Position numbers and translations under genes: made by a program
The notes under the pieces: model-generated
What the model saw: the letters and a program-made list of their open reading frames with translations, nothing else
The model's database searches: none
What the model was told of the DNA's origin: nothing
Part shown: positions 37,110 to 46,200 of the stretch, piece after piece
Layout of the letters: every line of letters begins with the position of its first letter
Numbering within the stretch: the stretch's first letter is position 1
Source: Obrimoposthia wandeli
Lineage: Eukaryota
DNA: 64,000 nucleotides
Direction: 5' to 3'
Assembly (NCBI GenBank): GCA_977020255.1
Contig: CDROCS010000956.1
Span: 434,001 to 498,000 of the forward strand

Positions 37110-37757
37110 TTATTTTTTATAATTGTTCTCTATTTGTTTATAAACAGTTACTCCGTTAGAATTAAATATGTCTGTTAAAACACGTAAATCATTTGGGCAA
37201 GCTTGTGTAAAGTCAATAAATATATACCCATGTGCTTGTTTAGCAGCATCGTGGAATGAATCAACTAGAAAGTTCTTATTTTGAGGAAATGCCTGTCTGG
37301 CCACAAAATCAACAACTGTTTGATCTCTAGGATTTTTAAATAAAACTAAATAATGTACATTAAGATTTCTTGTTCTATGATGACCTCCTTGGTGAAACAG
37401 ATTTTGAGTGATAAATATAACTGTTACTTCACGATGTCTTGCAATCTTTGTAAATAAATTATTAAAGTTCGATTCCTTGTTAGCCTCCTCATACAAATCA
37501 TCAATTATTATTACATCTTCTTTTTTCAATCTTTCACACCAATTTGCATCAAATCCTTCAATAAATTTTATACCCTTCAACTTGCATACTTCTGTTTTGG
37601 TTAACCCGCTTTCCCCTCCTCCATCATGATGCCAATAAATATTTTTGAAACTAGATTTGAAAAGAGATTCATTTTGCAACAATTTACAGACGAAATGTGT
37701 CTTTCCACTTCCACTAGGGCCAACTGTTTGAAATACAGCATTATTATTTAGCTCCAT
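37110..37757 (-). CDS. Packaging ATPase (FtsK/A32-like), open frame, 215 aa
   Basis: Walker A GPSGSGKT, Walker B IIIDD, IFITQNLF...RTRNLNVHYLVLFKNPRD, YIFID. Confidence 0.93.
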   Translation of the reverse strand: MELNNNAVFQTVGPSGSGKTHFVCKLLQNESLFKSSFKNIYWHHDGGGESGLTKTEVCKLKGIKFIEGFDANWCERLKKEDVIIIDDLYEEANKESNFNNLFTKIARHREVTVIFITQNLFHQGGHHRTRNLNVHYLVLFKNPRDQTVVDFVARQAFPQNKNFLVDSFHDAAKQAHGYIFIDFTQACPNDLRVLTDIFNSNGVTVYKQIENNYKK

Positions 37758-37794
37758 TGCATATACTCTTTCATTTTTAATATTGTTTATATTA

Positions 37795-38067
37795 TCATAG
37801 AAGTTTCTTTATTGAAATGTACAATGTTAGAGCTATTGTAGATGAAATACAAAAATTAATTAATGAATATTTGGCTATAATTTTATTTATTTGTGTACGA
37901 TTTCTAAATTCCCGAATAACGTGTGATCTAACCAATATTTCAATGTTATCTCTTGTTATATCATTATTTTTTAATTCTGATAAAATTTCTTTACCCCTAA
38001 TTTTTCCAGAAAATATTTCATCGGCAAGCCGATCCACTTCATTGTCTCTATTTATAGTATTATTCAT
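37795..38067 (-). CDS. 90-aa unknown ORF with a hydrophobic C-terminal segment
   Basis: MNNTINRDNEVDRL...YSLINFCISSTIALTLYISI. In B it is in frame with the upstream TBP-like ORF; in A and C it is not. Confidence 0.5.
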   Translation of the reverse strand: MNNTINRDNEVDRLADEIFSGKIRGKEILSELKNNDITRDNIEILVRSHVIREFRNRTQINKIIAKYSLINFCISSTIALTLYISIKKLL

Positions 38068-38089
38068 TTGAAACAATAAGTTTAAACGG

Positions 38090-38597
38090 GTTTGTTTATA
38101 GAAAAAAGATAACAAGATGTAATAAGATATATTTTCTAAAATCAAATCAACTATGTCTGGATAATCAAAGTTTTTCAATCCCAATATCATAACTTTACCA
38201 CTGGAAAATATATTTACACATAGCGGTTTAAACTTCAAATAACTGAGAGCAGGAAAAATTTCTGGTTCAAACATGCATTCTTCTTTCATTTTCTCTGCAG
38301 TTTTAAAAAGATTTATCTGTTTCCCGAGATTAGCCGAAATCGTGATTGATTGTATTGCAGTGATTTGAATTCCAAATGGTAAATTGAACCCAAGCATTGG
38401 TATTTTGCATCCCATAACACGGCAATTTCCTAAAGAATTCAATATGAAAATAAACTAAAAAACTAACCTGTAGGAAAAATAACAACTGTGAAATTGTCAA
38501 ACTTTTCTACACATTGTCTTGGCTTCCATTCATTGAATGGTAAGTACGAAACATCATCTTCTGTTCTACCTTTATAATTTATATTTACGAGTTTCAT
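38090..38597 (-). CDS. Spliced TATA-binding-protein-like gene of the Polinton
   Basis: Exon 1 at 38468-38597, 38-nt intron 38430-38467, exon 2 from 38429. Repeat 1: MKLVNIN...TVVIFPTGNCRVMGCK. Repeat 2: IQSITISANLGKQINL...MFEPEIFPALSYLKFKPLCVNIFSSGKVMILGLK. The 3' end is uncertain, so the end coordinate is approximate. Confidence 0.82.
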
Positions 38598-38599
38598 TA

Positions 38600-38840
38600 G
38601 ACTGAAATTGTATTCTGTAAAATCTTCTTTATATATGTCTGAACCTGCTTTTTTATTGCACGTTTCTTGTAATTATCTTGCAAACCTATTATAATTGGAT
38701 GATATATTTAGTCCAATCAAATTCAATGCTTTTGTTATATTAACCAATGAGATTCATGTTTTTGTTAGAAATTAGTATAAAAGAATGCGCCATTGGAGGA
38801 CAAATCACAGTAAATACATTCATATCAAAGACAATTATCA
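38600..38840. promoter_or_regulatory. Putative bidirectional promoter between the TBP-like gene (-) and ORF 38844 (+)
   Basis: Minus strand TATATAAAG (38627-38635) with TCAGT 32 nt downstream. Plus strand TATAAAAG (38776-38783) with TCACAGT about 31 nt downstream. CCAAT/ATTGG motifs at about 38694, 38712 and 38744. Confidence 0.55.
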
Positions 38841-38843
38841 ACG

Positions 38844-39290
38844 ATGGACGATAGCCAACGGGTATTAAGCGATGACGAAGAAATGTTTGAAGAATCGGAT
38901 AAGGATATGTATGAAGAAGTGAAACAATATTTCAAATACAAAGTCAGATTCTTGAAGAAGGCTCAGCTGATTGCTTTAGTAAATCCTGTGACAATAAAAA
39001 GAAGAAAGTTCAGCTACTATCTATCAGGTATTCAAAAACCTGATTTTCAATATCTTAAACAGAAAATAGAAAAGGCAGTTCCAAATTTTACTTTCAATAA
39101 GAACGAATTTTATATCCGAGGAGCCGATGAAGCATTTCTAGATGACTATGGAAGATATGTTGATATTGATGCGTTTCCGAAAAAGAAGCAATGGACTGTA
39201 ACAATTCGACTTTATGGTTACAAGAAAGATGAAATGGGAACAAAGTTGCCTATGTGGAAAATTGAACGTGCTCATATTTCTATGTTTTAA
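38844..39290 (+). CDS. 148-aa unknown protein, paralog 1 (possibly OB-fold/SSB-like)
   Basis: Open ORF with acidic N-terminus; C-terminal WTVTIRLYGYKKDE...PMWKIERA. Confidence 0.65.
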   Translation: MDDSQRVLSDDEEMFEESDKDMYEEVKQYFKYKVRFLKKAQLIALVNPVTIKRRKFSYYLSGIQKPDFQYLKQKIEKAVPNFTFNKNEFYIRGADEAFLDDYGRYVDIDAFPKKKQWTVTIRLYGYKKDEMGTKLPMWKIERAHISMF

Positions 39291-39519
39291 CTTTTGTGTG
39301 TAATAAATTGTAATCGGTTTTACTATGTTTCTTTCATTTAATAATCAGTTTTATTTGTATCTTATTTGTATCTTATGTGTATTTTTTATAAACATTGTTT
39401 TTAATCAGTTTCCTTATTTTAGAATGGATAAGAGATGTGTAGCAAATTTTTATTACCCTGAAAGAATTTCTAAATGAAAACTGTGTAATATATTAAAGAA
39501 GCATCAAATTATACGAGTT

Positions 39520-39828
39520 ATGAATCCTGTGAAAATATCAAAAGTAGAGAAAAAATATCTCATCGAAATTTTAACAACAACTGATTTTGATCAACTGAAA
39601 AATATTTTGGGATTTTACATTCCTGATTATGTGTATGAAGGAAATTGTTTCGAGCTTGATACTGATCCCAGTCTGGATTTTAAAGATGATCTAGGATATT
39701 TGATTGCTCCAATTCTAGATGAAGAACTATGGAATATCTCAATACGTCTGAAAGGATATTTTGCTGATGACGAGAAAATGCAGCCTCTCTGGACTTTGAG
39801 TGAAGCCAATATGTTGTTTTATGTTTAA
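39520..39828 (+). CDS. 102-aa unknown protein, paralog 2
   Basis: Open ORF; C-terminal WNISIRLKGYFADD...PLWTLSEA aligns with paralog 1. Confidence 0.6.
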   Translation: MNPVKISKVEKKYLIEILTTTDFDQLKNILGFYIPDYVYEGNCFELDTDPSLDFKDDLGYLIAPILDEELWNISIRLKGYFADDEKMQPLWTLSEANMLFYV

Positions 39829-39871
39829 TAAATATTTTGAAAAATAATTTTGTCTCGTATTTTGTTTTTTT

Positions 39872-39975
39872 TGTGGTGTGGTGTGGTGTGGTGTGGTGTG
39901 GTGTGGTGTGGTGTGGTGTGGTGTGGTGTGGTGTGGTGTGGTGTGGCGTGGCGTGGCGTGGTGTGGTGTGGTGTG
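39872..39975. repeat. (TGTGG)n pentanucleotide microsatellite, about 21 units, abutting the right TIR
   Basis: Read directly from the sequence; three CGTGG variant units. Confidence 0.97.
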
Positions 39976-40325
39976 AGAGCGAGACATCCGTACATCGCAG
40001 GGCTAGTCTGTGACCTATATGAGAGCGAGATATCCGTACATTGCAGGGTTAGTCTGTGACCTATATGAGAGCGAGATATCCGTACATGGCAGGGCTAGTC
40101 TGTGACCTATATGAGAACGAGATATCCATACATCGCAGGACTAGTCTGTGACCAATGTCGGTCCCGAGCCCTTCGCGGTCCCCCCTTGTCCTTTAAAACC
40201 GTGCATGTGTGTGGAGTGAAATTTCACTCCACACACCTACACGAAATTTCACTCCACACACATGCACGGTTTTAAAGGACAAGGGGGGAGGGGGTTGTGG
40301 ATTAAACCGGACACATCCACCTACT
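39976..40325 (-). repeat. Right TIR: about 3.7 copies of the 46-bp minisatellite plus a 46-bp-arm hairpin
   Basis: Hairpin arms 40180-40225 and 40243-40288; terminal ...CATCCACCTACT. Confidence 0.95.
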
Positions 40326-40539
40326 ATAATATAACTTAAAAATCCAATTCCACGGATATTGAGCGCCAGAGGTAGAAAATAACAATGGAGAAAATAGCGG
40401 AACGGTCTTTTTAACTTGCCACGGAACCAGAACCTACCGGACGCGAGGATCTGAACAGAAGAATCGGCCAGATTACGTATTGATCTTGAAGAGAGAAATC
40501 TCGATAATAGATCGTGGTGAGTGAATTAGTTTGAGTTTA

Positions 40540-40800
40540 CATTTGAAATTAAAAAGTTGATTACGTTTGAAATTAAAAAGTTGGAGTTTATGTTTGAAAA
40601 TAAAAAGTTTGAATTTTACATTTGAAATTAAAAAGTTAAGTATACATTTGAAATTAAAAGGTTGGTTACATTTTAAATTAAAAAGTTTGAAATTTACATT
40701 TGAAATTAAAAAGTTGAGTTTACATTTGAAATACATTTTAAATTAAAAAGTTTGAAATTACGTTTGAAGTTGAAATTAAAAGTTTGAGATTACGTCAAAT
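40540..40800. repeat. Degenerate 20-25-bp tandem repeat (ACATTTGAAATTAAAAAGTT-like)
   Basis: About 10 imperfect copies; a similar about 21-bp array lies at about 24340-24450 on the other flank of copy B. Confidence 0.7.
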
Positions 40801-40889
40801 TGAAAATAGTTTTTAGGAAATAAAAGTTTGTCATTACATTTGAATAAAGAACCTATAAAAGTTAAAGTAATTTAGGAGGTCAGCAACAA

Positions 40890-41305
40890 GAGGACATAAA
40901 ATCAAATCCTAAATAAATTAGGTAAAACATAAAATCCATACTTTAATCTAAGGTCATCGTTGTTTTAATTGTATTCATACTAAGTGTTCTAAGACAATCT
41001 ACTTGTCAACTTGTTTGAAACATTTTTAGTTATTTTCGGATCACCCACCGTACAGAAATAGAAAAACACAAATCCCTCTACACATCACACTACATTAGCG
41101 GGAACCCTTCTAGTTATCGTTGTGAATATAACTCTGTACACATCTCGCAAAACAATAGCACAAACCCTTCAGATTAAGACTAAATTAAGTAAGACAAAAC
41201 CTAAATAGTCCACATCCATCTGTAAGCTTTATTGCTACAGAACTCACGTTGGGGCCTCCTTAAGAGGATCTATCTGAATCATAGTTCCAAATAGAAACCC
41301 CAACA
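40890..41305 (+). repeat. Diverged direct repeat of about 400 bp, right copy
   Basis: Partner of 23620-24030; see shared blocks listed there. Confidence 0.7.
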
Positions 41306-41429
41306 ATATCATTATCATCATACGAACACACAAAGAACAAAAATAAATATGCAGTAATAAATTCATCGGATGCAAAAAGAAAAAAATTAATTCCGCCAAG
41401 ATTACACTTTTAAACGCAACAACATTTCT

Positions 41430-42600
41430 GCGAAACCTCAACTATAATATAACAATAGACGCTCCAAACATAGCAATGCGAGTAGTGTTAGAACAAACTA
41501 TCAACCGTGTCGATTACCATATTTCTTTATTCTCACAAAAAAATATTCACAAAGACAAATATTCTACCTACGACTGAGAACTCATAGCAATTCATCGGGC
41601 CATTAAGCATCATGAATATATATTTATCACGTTCATGTACATTATATACACACTATAAACCATTATTAAGCCTCATAAACTCAACAAAAAAAAATCATAT
41701 TCTATACAACCACGACAGACAAACTACAATATCACAATTCAATTGTAAAATCGGACATAGTAAGGGTAACATTAAGAAAATAAACTTAAAGCTATGTGAA
41801 GAGATTTACGCAATGTAACCTCTATTTAACACAAAAAACATTTAGCAACAAAACATTTTCATGTTACCTGAAAAACGCCATACCTCACTATACTCATAGA
41901 TTTAGTAGAAACCTTACTTTCACGTCACAATATACTCACCTCTTAACAACAATTGACAACACAAATTTATGTACCGCCATATCAGGTAAAAAAATATCAC
42001 AATACAAACAATGATAAACAAAAGATACAAACACTGGCGTACTTTATACGGATACCCAACGAATTTAACTTCTGACCAAGGTTGAAAATTTGCATATAAA
42101 ACTTTTAAAAACATCTGTACTAAATATAAAATGAAACATATTACAACTTCCTCATTTAATCCCTAATCTAACAGAAAAATTGAACGTTTACATTGACACA
42201 ATTAAAAAGCTTATCTTGTCTCTAGCAACCTAATAATTGACCAGAAACGATACATTAAAAAGTAATGGGTATTCACAACGCACTTCACAATACGGACAAT
42301 TTGAGTCCAACACAGTTAATTTTCGAGAACCATATACAACGAATATATAGCCACCACGTAACACAGTAACTAACTACATATATAAAGAATTAAAATCCTT
42401 ATCAAAAAATAAAAAGCTTTTCATCAAATTACGCCACACAAAACAATTAGAACGTAAATATGGGGGCCCGTAAGAAAATAACAAAACAATTTTTTTCAAC
42501 AACAAAAACCGATATCAACACTGTTAAACAACTGCCATATAAAAATCAAAACACCTAACACAAATTATTTACAACACTATCACATCAAATTCAAAATTAA
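41430..42600 (+). mobile_element. Decayed Ty3/Gypsy pol (RNase H plus integrase)
   Basis: IDAPNIAMRVVLEQ...SLFSQK, YSTYD*ELIAI, THYKPL, ISQFNCKIGHSKGN (RNase H); ILIDLVETL, YTHLLTTID, SDQG, NP*SNRKIERLH (integrase). Many stops and frameshifts. Confidence 0.75.
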
Positions 42601-43273
42601 TTCTGACATACTAATGATATAAATTATTATTATTATTATGTAACTTCCAAATATAAATACATATAGTTTTTTCTACTATTACACGTTAAAACGATATTGT
42701 TACTTTTGTACAAACCACAGTTACATTTATTATTCATCCCTTTTTGTTACTCCTTAATTAAAAGGAATATTTAATGTTATGTCAATTTAATATTTAGGCT
42801 GTCACCTCTACTATTTAAGCTGTTGCATTGGTAACGTTTTAAAGTTTAAATTTGTAAGTTTAAACATAATTGAATTGATCAATGTTAAATCGATCACAAA
42901 TTAAATGATTAGTTGCATGACTTGAATTTTGCCATCCTTCTTAACCCTTAACGAAATATAAGAGGAAAAAGGAATAATATTCCACATTTTTGTTCATCTG
43001 AAAAATGAGCCTGTGTAAATATGACCTAAATAAAGTTTCAATTTCATATTTTTAAGATCTCTAAGACTTCGTGATAATTTTATTATAATTAATTATTACT
43101 TTTTTATAATTTTTAATAATTTATAATTTTTTAATAGAACTAATATATTTAAATCATGTGGTATGTTAATTAACCTACATAACATAGATTTTTGAAAGAC
43201 ATTTTCAAGAAATTTGAATAAACTTATTTTTACACTTTTTTATCTTGCTATTTTACAAATATATTTATTTAGG

Positions 43274-46200
43274 ATGAGTACACAAAATATTATTAATATG
43301 GTAGAGTATGTTGTGGAAAAATTGACAGTTAGTATATTTATTTTTCGCGTTTAATTGTATGACAGTTTACTCTTCATATGAATTCGGTTTCTAGCGACAT
43401 TGAGTGGCTAAGTGAGTGTCTCGTTGAAACTTGGGACTCTGCTCTTCGTGAGGATGAAGACGAGGTACTTATTAGGATTATCGTAAATTCATAACTTTTA
43501 TAGCGTAAATTAGCTCTGGATATAGTAATAAAGGTGTTTGTGGAGAAATATTCAAGAAGAATCAATGTTCTCTTTCTTTTTTTGCGCATATTTGTGGAAA
43601 AGAATGTGTACAGTTCGAAAACTGTTGCGTATGCTTTAGTAGGATCAGAGTCACTGAAATTAGAGAATGGTTCTTACTTCAGAGTGTGTTATATGTATTT
43701 GTCGAAATTGCTTCGAAAATTGGATTACAAAGTAAATTTATATCTGTGCAAAAATTGATTTCTGCCATGAAGACGAACCGTGAAGTATTCAACAAAAGCC
43801 TCGAGAAAACGCATTGTTTTCCAGAGATTACAAGTAAAGAAGAGAAAAGAAATGTGTATCACTGTTTAGAGGTACGTTTCATTATATATTATGCAATGAT
43901 GATAGATTTAAATAATTAAAAATATTATGAAAGAAAACGTCAGTTCTTGAATGTGCTAATAACATTGAGATTTTATATATAATTATTATAATAATTGATA
44001 TTCCTGATTGTGTTTAGGTAATCCGTAGCTTGCTGAGCCGACAAGAGAATCTTATGCCTGCTTATTTTGCGATGCATGAGCTCATGAAGTGCTATTCTCC
44101 TCAGGATTCAGACAAAAAGCCATATTCAGAACTATCCGCTGATATTTCGACTTTCATGGACAGTTTCCGGAAGCCAGCAAAGCTGCTTATCCCGTTTTGT
44201 AAGTGTGAACACCTTTTTATTGTACATTATCTACTTTTTATCTAAATAACCAATAAACATTTGCATAATTTTCGATTATAACAATTTTAAAATAAATCTG
44301 CAAATATTCAAAATATTTTATAAAACTGTTATAAAATGAAATTTCTGCATAACCACCATATCTCTTAGAATTTCATTTTCTGAAATTGATTTACAAAATT
44401 ATCTACTTATTCAACTCTAATTGTCGCAGGTCGTTCCTATTTCGTGCCTGTAGCCGGAGTGACTCATCCAGGAAATGCGACTTTCCGCCTTGAAGCAAGT
44501 AAATTGTCCTACTTGAGTGTCGGTAAAGGAGCCTTGTTGTACTCGGATCGTATTGGGCGAGCTCAGACCGATGAGTGTGTCAAACTGCTTCTCCAGACTC
44601 GCTCCACGGAACTGGCTCTAAGTTTACTCGAATTTCCGAGAGGTGTAAGTGTCGCAAGTGTTTTATGTGTGTAGAATTATTGCTTTGAAAAATGCATACA
44701 ACGATCGTGTTCGCAAAATAAAGTTTTCGATTTTTGATTAATCAAGTTTTGGCAGATCGCATGTTTTGGCAGATCGCATGTTTTGTGAAGAAAATTAATA
44801 TTTCAAAGTTAACAAATGAAGTTATTTGAAAATAATTATCACACTAAGAGCATATAGTGTATAATCGCACATTTAAAACATTTGTTATCTTTGCAACGTT
44901 TCGTAAAAATGGATATATTTTCTGGTTTTCATCATATTCGGAATCTTTGACCGATAAAATGATAATTAACTTTTCTGAGTTTGCACTATTAAAACATTGT
45001 AGAAACTTTACTCGAGATCGTGTAACAGTTACTCAATTTCATTTGACAAAGAATGAGTAAACCTTACGCAAAAATGATTAAAGCTCATACGATTTTTGAG
45101 TTAAAATCTTCACGCATTCTACAGACTTTTGCACACAATGAATTTACAGTTTGTATGAAATTGTCAAAATCGTAAACGGGGTTAACTGGATTTAGAAATG
45201 TGTATTAAAAAACTTTCGGAGCTAATTCCAAACTAGGTTATTTTCATAAGCGTATTTGTATCTCTGAATCTGATTCTTATGTGATTATGTAGCTTAATAA
45301 GAATCTTCTAACTGAAGCACTACGGTGACTTTTGAGCACTTGAATTTTTCCAATGTCAAGTGTACCAAACAAAGCAAAGGAGTTCGGACTAAGAATACAT
45401 TTATATATTTATGTTAAGATAAAAATCATAATTCGTTGATTTTTTAAAACTTTTTATAGCGATTCAGATTTTTATCGTTAATATTTTCTAAAATTAATAT
45501 TTAAGATAGTATTTTAAAATAATTCAATTGATAATATATCATTTAAATCGTAAAATATGTTTCAAATATATATTTAAAAAACACTTAAAAAAGAAACGCT
45601 AAATAACTTTTCTGAGTTCATATATTTTTTTCACAGCTTGTGATAAAGGCAAATTCAAATATATAAATAACAAAAACCATTTCTTCCCAGTCTGCGGTGA
45701 AGTCTACCGCACTGGAGAATGCATTCGCGGAGCTCATCTATCGAGTGATGCTTAACATTGAAGATGCTGGTAGTAGTGGTGACGAAGACCCTAACCAGTC
45801 CTTGCAGCGACAACACGCTGTAATGGCTACCATTGAGCATCTGGCGTGTACTGCCCTCTGTTTCCTGCATTGTATGCTTGTCGGGTTCTCGGGCATCTTC
45901 AATAGTCTCAATGCAAAGGTAGGTCAAAGCTGGTTCTTGATCTAGCAACTGGATAATCTCAATCAGAAATAACATAATATAACATATGAGATTTTTTAAA
46001 TATCAGTGTGGCCACAGGTAATCCAATTTTCAGTATAAACTTGAATTTACTCAGATTTGAGTATATAATCCTTTTTTGTGTTTGCTAATTTTCAAACTTT
46101 TCTTATAAACTATTTTCCTACATTATATTTCCGGATGAAATATTCAAACTTGTACACCTGCTCTATCCCTTTTTTTATAATGTAACGTATTTCTAAGTAC

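Larger units (their letters stand above)
24511..40325. mobile_element. Full-length Polinton/Maverick (adintovirus-like) element, copy B, 15.8 kb including a 938-N gap
   Basis: Starts AGTAGGTGGATGTGTCCGG (24511) and ends CCGGACACATCCACCTACT (40325). ATAATA flanks both sides (24505-24510, 40326-40331). Carries pPolB, protease, MCP, penton, integrase and ATPase. Confidence 0.97.

Noticed and set aside
39739-40059. ORFs with HHTTP / CGVVW repeats
   Set aside because: Translations of the (TGTGG)n microsatellite.
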